Below are positions 25,795-38,032 of a stretch of 64,000 nt of DNA, one piece after another (positions within the stretch are counted from its first letter, which is position 1; each line of letters starts with the position of its first letter). The notes under the pieces were generated by a model. The model saw only the letters and a program-made list of their open reading frames with translations. It ran no database searches and was not told where the DNA came from. The position numbers and the translations under genes were made by a program. This DNA comes from Anthoceros angustus (taxonomy: Eukaryota > Plantae > Anthocerotophyta): contig VJWM01000016.1 of the NCBI GenBank assembly GCA_010909165.1, positions 827,086 to 891,085 of the forward strand, given 5' to 3'.

Positions 25795-26849
25795 GAACCG
25801 CCTGAAGCCGGCTCTCAGAATCCTTTGCCCCGTCCTAGCCACCTCTTTCTAGGGCTTCCTGCCGGCTCCCTTCCTCCGCTAGTCCAATCCCTGCACGTCT
25901 TCCCATACGCATATCCTCCCCATGCCCACCAAGCCTGGAGGCCTGCGCTCTCCGTGCTGGCAAAAGCTGCGGCTAAACCACTCCCTGATGAAGCTCAACC
26001 AGATGCTTCCCTGAAGCACTCTCGTTCTGACGAGCACGAGCAGAAGTTGGCGGGTCGCTACCGGACGACGGGCACCAGCCTGTCGCCCCCGTGAAACGAA
26101 ATGCGCTTGTCGGGAGAGGCGTAAATAATACCTACGAGTTGTTGCCGTTGCTGGGAAGAAGAGCTTTCCTGTAAACACAGAATGACGTTTGTTGTTGCAT
26201 GGAGGCATCACTGCCTAAGGAAGTGAGTGGCTGTTGCCTGGAGACGAGGCCACCGCGACGGGCAATGCCGGTTCTCCGGTGGACGCCCGTCGACACCGTG
26301 GGCTGCACGACGTACGAAGCTTCCAGACCAGGCATCTGAAACGAGAAAACGTCGTCGCTTCAACCCTAATTTCGTCATCACTCTGACCGAGGCGGAGGCA
26401 GAGGAGAAGGCGACGCCAAGTGCGCAGGGTGGCAGGTGCGCGGCCGGCCGGCCGGCACGTAGCCATCTGCGCGCATGCAACCGTGTCTTCCATTTGCAAG
26501 CACGCGAGAGATGCCGGCCAGCGCAGTACAGTACAGTAGGTGAACATTCCCTCGTCGTGCATTCTTGATCAGCCACAGGCAATTTGACTGGTAAGCCAAA
26601 CTGATCCCAACTTCGACTATCACTCAACACTCTGTTGTTGACACACTTCTTCCACCAACTGCACTTCCCGTAGCCGGTAGGTGTGCTGGTTACCGGCAAG
26701 CTTTTGCGGCACCCACCATGCCGTGAGAGAACGAAGGGGCGTTGATGACGGATTGAGGCGAGAAATCGAGGCCGCGGCAATCTGCCACATTCAATTCTAG
26801 AAAGGTCTTGTATGGTGGACAATTACTATTGTCAAATACGTTTTTTAGT

Positions 26850-29156
26850 CTAATGCTCCGTGAGGCCTTCCAAGACTTGGAAGTAGTTCGGGAAGGTCTT
26901 CCTTACACACTTCGGGTCGTTGATGGTGATGGCACTGTCTCCGGCGGCGGCCAGGGAGAAGGCCATGGCCATGCGGTGGTCATCGTAGGTGTCGATGGCA
27001 GCGGATTTGATGTACTTCGGGGGAGTGATGATGCAGTAGTCAGCTCCTTCCTCCACATGGGCACCAAGCTGTTGCATGCCATGCGCACAAGGACGATGCA
27101 GTTTAGAAGCCAAGATGTACGTACGTGGTTACGTATGAAAGGATGGACACAGGAGAACCAGCAGGCAGCGCACCTTGGCGAGCTCAGTGCAGATGGCGAT
27201 CATTCGCTCTGTTTCCTTCACTCTCCAACTTCCAACTGCACCCAAGCTCAAGCAAAGCAAGCACATATGCTGAGGCCTATGAAAGACAAGTTTATTATTT
27301 CACAGGTTGCGTTGTTTTCGGGCTTCAGGTTTCTCACCATCTCGGATTGCCGTGGGGCCGTCGGCGAAGAGAGCAACCACAGCTAGTGTCATGGCAACAT
27401 CAGGCATGGCATTCATGTCCACATCGATTCCTTTCAACCGTTTGCCGGTGGCCTCAGAGATGGGAGCACCTGTTACCGTGACACTGTGCTCTGTCCACTC
27501 AACCTTGGCTCCCATCTTCTCCAACACCTCAGCGAACTTTACATCACCCTGTGGGCAAAGGCACGACGGCGGTCAGGACCACAACGTTGGATATGATACC
27601 AGGAAGATGACTTGGAACACACCAATGTGACCAACAACCTGGAGGCTGCTTGTTCCACAACCTTCCACTGTCACTTTTCCCCCTGTCACAGCAGCGCCAG
27701 CAAGAAAATAGCTTGCACTTGAGGCATCTCCCTCAACATACGCACGTCCGGGAGTCCTGCATCAGATTGAGAGCCGAGGCACCACCATCAGCATCCAAGT
27801 ATGAGCATGCATCAGGAAGTATAAAACCCTGAACCACTGTCCGGCACGGCAAGGGGTGCGCGTTGTACTTGTAAGTCTGTCCACCTTTGATGAGAAAGCG
27901 CTCCCAGCCTTCATATCGCTCTACTTTCACTCCAAATCTTTCCATCAACTTCAAGGTCATGTCCACATAGGGCACTGAGATGAGCTTATCCACAATCTCA
28001 ATGGTGATATCCCCCAATGCAAGCGGAGCTGCGAGAAGCAGAGCAGTAAGATATTGGCTGCTCACTGCGCCTGAAAGCTTCACCTGCACAGACAGAGGTG
28101 AGTGCTAAATCACGGCACCAAGAAAGGAAATCAAACCCATGAAGGATTGTAGAGGGGCGAGGATCAGAATCTCACTGTTCCTCCAGGGAGCCCGCCTTTG
28201 GCATTGACTGCAACAGGAGGACAGTTGGTGCCCAGTGTGCACTCCACATCTGCACCAAGCTGCTTCAAGCCCGACACAAGGTCCCCGATTGGCCTCTCCC
28301 GCATGCGAGGAACGCCATCCAAAATGTATCTGCCAAGAGCACCAACACGTGGGGTTTAAGCTTGCAAGTCCACCAGAAAAAAACAGAATACGGAACACTG
28401 CAAAATTTGTGACGTCAATGACAAGCAAAGCGTGGCACAACATGCAGACCTGGCGTTGCCACCAGCCACGGTCACCGCCGCTGTCAAAGGTCTCATAGCT
28501 GTTCCAGCATTCCCTAGAAACAATTGAATTTCTTGCTGAGCAGTCTGTCCAACGGGGAATCGGCCTCCAGAACCCACAATGCTCACTTCATTGGCTGCAC
28601 GGTCCTCGGACACATCCAACCCCAGGGCCGTCATGGCGCTCAACATATAGCGCACATCATCACTGTCCAGGAGGTTATCCACCACAGTCGTGCCCTGGCA
28701 TCACGAATTCCTCAGCTCCCAAGACTCACACCCAATTCACACCAAGGACGCCAGCAAGAAAGGGAGCAACATCCAGGTGCGGTAACAGGCAGAACCCACC
28801 TCGGAGAGAGCTGCCAGCAAAAGCAGACGGTTGGAGAGGGACTTGGAGCCGGGCAGCTTGACAGTGCCATTGATCGCCTTCACAGGCTGCAACACCACCG
28901 TCTCCACCTTGTCGGCGGCAGCCGTGGAAGCCGACACCAGCAGCCAGTGGCGGGCAGTCTGCACCCGCACCCTGCTCGGAAGCGGCCGCTGAAGCTGCAG
29001 CTGCAGCTGCTGCTCGTCCGCAACCACATTCCTGACAGCACCCAGCACGGAGCAGGATACCCGGAGCGGGCGCTGCCATCCCTGCACCTCCTGCGCAGGC
29101 AGCTGGGCAGCTCCGAGTGAAGCAGGTGGCGCCCTGAGAGCGCCCATGGCCGCCAT
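26850..29156 (-). CDS. EPSPS: Chloroplast 5-enolpyruvylshikimate-3-phosphate synthase, 8 exons, apparently intact
   Basis: Transit peptide, [83 protein letters not shown]. Seven GT-AG introns. Confidence 0.96.
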
Positions 29157-30329
29157 TCTCCACAACCTTCAGGTGTCAACAGCACAGCATACCAAATGAA
29201 AGCTCAGCACTCAGCTGTCAGCTGGATCCTGCCCTGCCCATATCAGTCTACTTGCAGCCTGCAAACACCGCCTCGTGCATCAAACCAACTCCTCGGAACA
29301 CGCCTCTTCCAATAATTCAGCAGCCGGGGAAGTACAAACACACAACCGGACACTCGGCTGCGACTGCCTTGGTGAGGTGAGAGAGAGAAGGGGGAGGCCA
29401 ATAATGCTCCATTTTCCTGCTGTAAAGATTTCCCTTTCCTCTACTCTACTCCATGTTATCTCCATGGATGCAATGTAATGCCATGCTGTTAGGACTCACA
29501 AACATCACAGTCAGAGCTACGCCACAGGATCAACACAGTTAGCAGACACAAGAAGCAGAGGCAATGGATGTCGGCTACAACAGCACCACTGGCTTGAGGT
29601 AAATAGTAAAGCTAGTCACTCACTCATATCAGCTAGACAGGACAATTATATGGTGCGCAGAAGCACTACATGTGTAGTATAGACTAGGATAGCCCTTGGG
29701 GCTTGGCATAACCTCGAGGACATGACTCTAATCTCCATATATTCAGCATCCTATATACTACGAGAAAGTAGCAGAGGCTTGCACTTGCCCATGTCTGCAG
29801 AATGAGCGGACTATGTAGGTCTCGCTGGCAGGTATCACACAAGCGGACATAGTCTTGCCTCCAGAGACGTTGCTACTTTTATTCATTCGAGGTTTCAGAA
29901 GCCAGAGCTAGCTTCTCACAGCATGCATCTTCTTCCTCTTTTTCCTTTGTCACACAGCGGCTTCAACACCAAGTTTGTGGTGTGTGGTATGTGTGTACGT
30001 AGCTCCCTTCCTAATTCAGACGTAGATACAATGCTACTCTCTACCTTGCGTGAAATTTCATCCCTCTTCTCTCTCGACAACCCACGACAAATCCTTTACA
30101 TCAATGCCAGACAGTACAGCAAGTTTCTTGTTAGCTCCAGCTGACTCTCTGAGCCTGTCTACTCCTGTGCACCTGCCTGAAGCTGCATCCACATTTGCCA
30201 CGAGGATGCATGGAGACGCCTGCTGCTAAACCTGGCTCACAAGACTGTCAAAGCATTCCGCTAGGACAAAACGAGACTGTCAAAGCACCGTGTTACGCTT
30301 CCTACATCCCCATGAGTTTTGGCAAGGTA

Positions 30330-30610
30330 CCTGGAATGGAACAGGCCTTGAGAAGCAAGCAAGAGTAACATTGAGAACTAAAATCAGCCCTTGTTGCTCC
30401 AATCTTCCATACAGAGCAATCGCCTTCTGACCCAGCCCGTGCCCTGCATTCCCAGCCATCAGCATACTCAAGCCTGACACTGAGGTCAGGTCATGGATCC
30501 ACTTGTCGCCCCACAAGTTTTGTTCAGCCACACATCTCTTGGGAACACTGTACAACAGCGAAGATGACACAGCAGATCTCGATTGTGTCCGAGCCGAGAG
30601 GGTCAAGCAC
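30330..30610 (-). pseudogene. Degenerate PPR-like fragment (also at ~42870-43150 and ~56790-57070)
   Basis: MLMAGNAGHGLGQKAIALYGRLEQQGL...VTLAC resembles the PPR consensus MIAGYAQHG.G.EAL.LF..M...G..PD.VT. No continuous ORF. Confidence 0.5.
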
Positions 30611-31336
30611 CATCAGCATGTCACCACATACAAGTTCGTGGTGTGCGAGAAGCATACATGATCTAATCCACATCTCAACAGCGAAAACTCTCTTTAGTTT
30701 GACACTTATGTAATTAGAAAACATAGAGATGAGTGATCAACATGGGAGATGAGTGATCTTCAGTTTAAAATCAGAGATGGGACAATGGCACGTCCTAAAT
30801 GAGAGACATCTCTCCCAGCCTGGGCTGATCAGGAAGGTAGAACAACGCATGCCTCGCATGTGAGAGATTTAGAAGTCATTCCACCAGCGGCACGCTCTGC
30901 ACTTTAAAGAGGAACGCAAATCTGCACTTGCCTTGTGAAATCAAAAGCTACAGCTACAGCTCTACAATTGGCTCGTTCTTTCCTCCCTACCCTCTATGAG
31001 CTAGCACTTGTTCACTAGTGAACACAAGGAGGCTGTGAGATGTTTCTTCTGCATGCAGCATGCGCACTTGAACTTACGAAATGACCAGGAAAGGACAGAT
31101 GAGAATGCACCAACCGTGCCTGGCCACCACTACTTTCTTGTGTCAATTGCAGTCGAGCCTGAACGTCCGAAATGAGTAGGAAACGACAAATGAGAACGCA
31201 TTGGAACAATGAGAAGGCGTTGGAATGCACCAACAGTGTCTCTCTCGAGACCATACCTGACAGCGGATTGAAGCTGTCATCGCCACACCAACTCCCGCTG
31301 GCCAGGCAAGTGAGCTCCGCTGGCCAGGCAAGTGAG

Positions 31337-32205
31337 CTATGGTGAAGACCAGTACAGTCCTCTTGTGAGGGTGGACTTAAACTCCGGACACTGGAATTTC
31401 TTTTCGATGCCCTGTCCTGATGCGCTTGCGACTTTGACCTCCATATCCGTGACCTTGCCAATCACGCTTGTTAAGATGCTGAACACATCTGCCGTTTTAG
31501 GGCCGTCGACGATGGCTTGCATAAAAGCTATGATAAAGTTTGCGCCTTTCTCGGTATCTCTGAAGGATTGTTGTCCAGGACTGGTGGAGTAAACAATGAG
31601 ACAATCGGGCAAAGATTCCGGGGCTCGGACTTCTCCGGCTCTCTTGCTCACCACTTGGCTCTGCTCAACTTCAGAGTCCTCGGCTTTTTTGATTTTGGTA
31701 AGGCTGTCAAATTGTCGACAAGCATTGATCACAAAGACCTTAGGCTTGTTTGCAAGATACCTGGATTCCGAGATGGGCTTCACGATATCATCATCAACAT
31801 ATAGCTTCTCGCCATTTTCTTCACTCATGACGACGTAATCTCGTCCATTTTCATCGATCCCCCCATGGCCATTAATGCAACACAGAAAGCAATCGTCGTT
31901 AGCCAGGGTAGGGAGCTTGGCAAGTCTCCTAAGATAAGATTTGACGTCCTCAGATTGGTTCACCACTATATCTGTATGGAACTTCAAATTCTTGAGAAGA
32001 GCTTCAAGTCGCCCTCTGTCGACAGCTGCACCAGGTCTTTTCTCTTCTATGCTCACAATAACTGCCCAACCTCTCAGTTTGCCTGCTTCCACATTGTCGT
32101 TAGGATAACACTCTGCAAAATGTTGTCCGCTCTCCACTGCCTGCACTTGCGGGGATAGCTGTGTAGGAGTTCCCCGACATACGCTGCTGTTTTTTGATTT
32201 CGATC
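31337..32205 (-). other. Caspase (peptidase C14A-like, p20+p10) exon, copy 1, open and with the His/Cys dyad
   Basis: GWAVIVSI..KRPGAAVD, DCFLCCINGHG, LANKPKVFVINACR, DCLIVYSTSPGQQSFRDTEKG, QCPEFKSTLTRGLYW. Confidence 0.88.
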
Positions 32206-35200
32206 CTACAACAAGTGCAACCTCAGAGCATGCAAGGAACAATGTATATTACAAATTTGGCAGTCATCCTACTAGAAACTACTTCTCGAAAACCTGGACA
32301 TTCAAACGCATTCAGATGGTTCAGAAATCCTAACCTTCAGACTCTAGTTCGGCTCTGGCCAGATCCCTTTTTCGCCCCAAGATGATATGGCCATCTACCA
32401 CGGTTGCATACTCCTTGTTGGCCTTTAAAATAGGTGGCTGGGCTTGTGTACTGGTGGAGATAGGTCCCCAAGACTGCGTGTAGTGTGCAGAGCCCTTTTC
32501 TTTTGTAGCAGCCACCTCCTTGATAAGCTTATTTGTTAGAATGCACTGATGTTTTCTGTGTCTACAAGGCGTGAGGGACACTACACATTCACGCCTCAGG
32601 ACACCTTCAACTAAGGTAACCCCTGCACAACCTTCATACGAAGCACAAAATGAACGAATTTGAGATACAATATGCTCTTGCAAGAACGATAAGGACCTCA
32701 AATAACCTTCGATGGATCGAGCTAATATATCTATGTAACAACCTATTTCTGCATTAAATTCTACAAAGATATCAAGAAACTCTGCAGATATGAGAAGCAT
32801 GTTCGGCTGCAGCTTTACGGTCGAATCAATCCATCTAACATCCTCATCAACCCAACCTTTCTCCAAACAATAGGTGTACAATAAAACCTATCACACGTAC
32901 AGACAAAAACAATGTAGACGTGGTCAATAACAGAAAGCATTCACAAACCAGCGTTGCGAGTAGGACTAAGGAAAGATTCATCTTTGAAAGAGTTACATAC
33001 TTGCAACCGAGGGAAAAATCCTGGTGTGAGAAATGTGCAATCTTGATCATCACATTGTAAACGCAAACCGATGAAGATGTAATCAGTAGAATCATCCTCT
33101 GCAGGCCATTTCAGTTGTCGTTCTGCTCCCGCTACATCTTCTCCATGCATACATAATGGTATAAAGTAACGCACTTGATCTTCTCCATCTCTACTTTCCA
33201 AACAAAGGTGTAACTCAAGAAGGAGTTGGATAAATTGTTCTTCGCTCACAATGGTCTCTTCAAGCCCAACCTTGTTCAAAGACATCTTTAGAAGCTTGCT
33301 CAACCCACACTTGCTTATAAACCCATTTTGAAGCCAATCTCGTCCATCACCAGGTTCGCCAAATATTCCAATCAATTGACTAAAAACCCCCATTCCCAGC
33401 CATTGGAGGTTAAGCACCACAAGCCCTGAAATCTCAAAATATATGATTTCCCCGGAATCCTTAAGGTACGATGCAACCACTTTCCAACTATCCTCCTTTA
33501 CCATGAAATCCAAAAGAAATCTTTTATAATCCTCCGAAATATGTGGATGCCGTAATGCCACCTTACATGTGTTATGGAATAACTCAATAAACTTGTCAGT
33601 ACAAATGATTGGAGTACCTTGTTGCTCTTCAGCCCACCTTTGTACATGTGTCCTTGTTTGCTCACAAATATTGGGAACTGGAGCCAACTTACTAACAACT
33701 CGATGCAACTTCTTCTCCATACTAGTGCGCAATGCATACACATCTTCCCAACTTTGTCCATTGATAAAAGTAGGTTCATACGATAACTCCACCAAATTCT
33801 TAAATTTTTTTTTCACCGATGACATCTCTTCACATATTGCAACAGAATGCTTATCCCCTTGAAGTTTGTCACCAAATGTTACGATTACATTTACATAAGG
33901 TTTCACTTGTTGACTCAAAGGTTTCCCCTGTTGTTGACCCAATCGTGCATTGGAAGCAATAAATTTTAACCAATAAATAAATTCTTCACTAAAATCTTTT
34001 CTATGCTTCATATCTATGGTTGAAAAATTCCCACCGAACTTGAATGGATTGTAAACAAATAAGAAGACAGAAGAATTATTAACATTAGGAAAAACAAAAT
34101 CATGAAGCGCGTGATACTCTCTGTGGCCTGCAAGGTCCCAAATTGTAATCCTTAATGCGGGAGCATCTTTTATCACCTTCACTTCAAATCCAAGTGTTCG
34201 AGGTATCTCTTCCGAAATTGTTTCGCGTTCCATTTCACCATAGTCTTCGTGTGTCTCCATCTTCATCAGAGTATTTCTTATGGTCGTTTTGCCTGAAACA
34301 AAATCATTTTAGTGATCATTCCTAACCGGCACGGAGATATGAGCAATATGCATACACGTCACTCGCTCTACATTCAACATGCCCTATGCCGCTTACCTGC
34401 GTATGGAAATCCACAAAGTACAAGGCGACATGATTTGACGGGCATTGTGGAATTCCTGCCAGAGCTCTTCTATATTCCCTGTTTTGCCGCAGCACTTCAT
34501 CCACTGCAGCACCTTTCCCTGTCTTTTCCACGCAGTGTTTTCGAAAGATATACGCTCCAGATTGGTGTTCACCTGCAGAGTCTGCATGAGCTCTCGAAAC
34601 ATATCGTCATCCAACCCCTTCCAGTCATCCAAGACCAACGTCTTGAGGTAGCGATTGGTCTGCAACGCCTTGTAAAACATCTTCGAGAGGTTGCACGATC
34701 CCGCACGCGTCTGAACTAGGTGCAAACTTTTCACGAACTGGCACCTCTGCAGGATTGGCATCAGTTTGGAGTAGTCGTCGTTATGGCTAGAGTAATTCTG
34801 TCGGACTGTCACAAGAGTGATGCTGCTGTTGTCACACATTCCCTCCAATCCCTGGCTTATAAGACAGCTAGATAGCTAAATGCGTTAAAGTGGTGTTGGC
34901 GCGCAGCATGCGGGCCACAGCTTCTCCCAATGAAGCGTCGATAGGCTCGTGGCCAGATCCAACTATGTCTAGCCGGAGTTTTCTGACAGACTCGTTGGCA
35001 GAAAGAGGCTTGGGAGCAACACTCCCAGCCTCCTGCTCTGCGTCCTGCATACCAGGGTCAATGATCGGGCCAACAGCATGGCCGTTATCCCTGCCTGCTT
35101 TGGCTTACGTCGGTTAAATCCTATCTGCAGGTACTCAACCGTGGTGTTTTGTGCCAGAGCATTCCCTATCTTCAACGCTCCCGCCTCATCCATGCCTATA

Positions 35201-37483
35201 TTGCAAATCCCCAGGTTGCGAAGTGTGGGACTGCTAGTCAGGATGTCAGCCAGGTGGGCTGCTCCACCACCTTCCACTAGAGTGTCTCCAGAAACATACA
35301 AGCTGCGGGCACTTTCTCCTATGGTCGGGTTCCCAGAAAGATACAAGCTGCGGAGCACCGAGCGGCGATTCTCTCGCAGGGCTGCAGCTATGCGACCCAG
35401 TCCATCGGCAGTCATGCCAGTGAATCCCATATTAAGAATTCGCAAGGTGCGGCTCGATCGCAAGGTAGCTGCCAGTGCAATGCAGGCTGCACCTGTTCCA
35501 AACCCACGGTACCCATGCAAATCCAGCAATTCCACTACTGCATTCGAGTTTAGACTTTCCAAGAACGCCGTTGCCTCTGCCACGGTCACTCTGCAATTTC
35601 GACGATATAGAGGGTCGAGCTCGATTGATCTGAGCGTGGGACATTTACCCATAGCTGTCATAAGGCGCTTGCTAAGGCGCAAGCGCAGTTCCTGTTCCGC
35701 CTTTGGATGTTCAACGTCCATCTCGAACAAGTACCCATAGGCGTCCACACGAGGAAGCCGACTTAGAGTAGGCGAAGGTGACTCGAGCTCCGCAAGCAGG
35801 GCAAGCAGCTCCTCAGACACAGGAACTGGAATGGTGACAACAAAGACAGGGAATGGAGTCAAAGCGGCAGACTGCATTCATGATTCAAACGTCTTCATAG
35901 TTTCAACAAAAACAACAGCAGCTTGGAAGTTGGAATGTAAGTTGTTCCATACCTGCGTCGCCTGAAGAGGTGGCCAAAGTGGCCATCGCCGGTAGTGGCA
36001 CCTGTTCCGAACCTGCAGAAGTGAGAGAAGTCAGCTCCCTGTCATGTGTACCTAGTTTTTGGGTTCTAACTTGTGAGACATACAGATGAAGGACAAGGGT
36101 AGCTAGCTAGCTTGGGGCACCTACCCTGCTGTCCAGCGCTTCTTCTCTGTATGTTCTTTGTGAGAGCATTCTGGATGTGTATCCCTTTGCCTTCACTGGA
36201 CCAGGATGTGTTCTTGATGGAAATGTTCTCCAGGACGTTTTTGCAGTTGGGTCCCAGAGACCGCATCAAGTCCCGGAACATGTAGTCATCCAACCCATCC
36301 CAGTCGTCCAACACAAGCGTCTTGAGGCTGGGGTTGTTGTGCAACCCGCGGAAGAACTCCTTGGTGAACCTGCTGGTCCCGTAGGGTTTCAAAAATCTTA
36401 GGCGCAGCTCTTCCAGAGTCTTGCACTTCTGCAGAATCTCCATCACCAAGGGATCCAGCTCCTCCTCCTCCACGGAATGGTAGTGCTCCAGAAGCAGTGT
36501 TGTGACGCTGCTGTTGTGAGCCAGTCCCGACAACCCGCGGGTCACAAAAAAGCTGGTTACGTTCAGGACCTTCAAAGTGGTGTTCGATCGAAGCATGGCA
36601 GCCACAGCTTGTGCGAGCCCGGCCTCCACAACCACACCCTTCCCCCCTGCCAGCCCCAGTACCTCAAGCCAGAGCTCGGTGATGGACTGGTTAAACGGAG
36701 GAGCAGCACTTGGACCGTGAGACTCCTCCTCCGACGAGGACACATCGCAGCTCAGGGCTCTCAAAACAGGGATCAACATTGCTGCCTGCTCAGGGTCCTT
36801 CTGCACGTTATATCCGATATCAATCCTGTTCAGAGTTCTGCTGCGAGCCACAGCGTCTGCAATCACCACGGCGCCCGCACCATCCATCCCTATCGAGCAC
36901 ATCCCGAACACTGTCAAAGCACGACAGTTGGACAGGATGCCGGCAACCTGTTGCGCCCCGGCAGCATTTCCTATCTCATTCCCATCGAGGTACAACACGC
37001 GGAGGACAGATCCGCTGTTGTCTCGCAAGGCTGCGGAGATATGCCCCAGGCCTTCCACTCTCAGGTCGAGCCCCCGCAAGTCCAGAGCCCCCACGCTGCG
37101 GCTGTGTCGCAGGACCACGTCAGCGAGTGCAGCGCACGCTTCCGTCGTCCCGAATCCTTGGATGTGGTTCAAGAAGAGGCTTTCCAACACCCGATTGCGC
37201 TTCAACCCGTTCAGCAATGCCAATGCCTCCACGTCCCTCACGCTGTACAACCCGAGCTCCCCAAGGGATTCAGATTGATCGTCTTGAGGCTCCGGCAGTT
37301 GCCGATGGCGGACATTATCCGCAAGCGCAGCTCCCGCCTGGACGCGTCTGAATCACGCTCCCGGCCAGGAAGTAGCTGCCCCAGGAACCCGCAGGAGGAG
37401 ATCTGGCAGGGTCGGGGAGACGGACTCGAGGCTGACGAGCAGGAAACCAGCTCGGCGGGAAGAGGCGGAGGCGGTTCCGCCAT
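31337..37483 (-). CDS. LRR-Roc-COR (TORNADO1-like Roco) protein with a fused C-terminal caspase domain, copy 1; several 1-2-bp frameshifts in the LRR exons
   Basis: Exons: LRR module A (37483-~36123), linker (~36012-35953), LRR module B to the P-loop (~35826-34397), Roc-COR (34292-33001), COR end (32887-32335) and caspase (32205-31337). Roc motifs: GFPYAG|KTT, RTLGFEV, IWDLAGHREY, VTFGDK. TRN1-like motifs: GLRLQCDD..FLTPGFFPRLQ and LTPCRHRK. Confidence 0.85.
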
Positions 37484-37755
37484 AGCCGAAACTTTAGCAG
37501 AGCAGGGAAACCAGCTCGGCGGGAAGAGGCGGAGGCGGTTCCGCCATAGCCGAAACTTTAGCAGAACGTGCGAGCAGGACAACCAGGTCGGCAGGAAGAG
37601 TCGGTTCCGCCGTAGCCCAAACTTCACAACAACGTCACAGCTTCTCCGACTCATGCCGAGCCACCGGGCTCGGAAGAGGCAAGCGCAGGACAACAGAACC
37701 GAGGGCTAGGACAACAGAACCGAGGGCTAGGACAACAGAACCGAGGGCTAGGACA
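37441..37755. repeat. Short duplications at the Roco 5' end: a ~60-bp duplication including the ATG (37483 and 37547) and 3 x 21-bp GGACAACAGAACCGAGGGCTA
   Basis: Read directly from the sequence. Confidence 0.85.
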
Positions 37756-38032
37756 TACAATGCCCGTAGGCTTCTATGCAGATGTCTCTGGCTTCTGGCA
37801 AGTAGGAAGGAAAGGCGTGATTTTGATTCCTCACTGCTGGCCGGCGCGGAGCAGCACGCAATGGAGCAAATTGGGCAACGTGCATGCCAGCGAGGGGCGT
37901 CGACTTCTTTACAATCACTATACATTACATTACTTGCGTCACATGGCTGCCAGCCCTTCAGTCAACATTTTTCATTCCTGCACGATGTCTGCCGAATGTT
38001 GTCGGCTTTCACGACTTTCTCTTGTGGACGAC

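Noticed and set aside
31337-32242. Standalone metacaspase gene, or animal contamination
   Set aside because: The motifs are caspase-like rather than D-x-C-H-S-G. The ORF has an in-frame splice link to a TRN1-like gene and sits beside plant EPSPS in three diverged copies.
32941-34420. NB-ARC/NLR nucleotide-binding domain
   Set aside because: The motifs are small-GTPase Roc type (G1 GxxxxGKT, G3 WDLAG) followed by COR, and the LRRs are N-terminal. There is no kinase-2, GLPL or MHD motif.
36477-37709. 410-aa + strand ORF and similar long + strand ORFs over the LRR and EPSPS exons
   Set aside because: Antisense shadows of GC-rich minus-strand coding exons, with no recognisable motifs.
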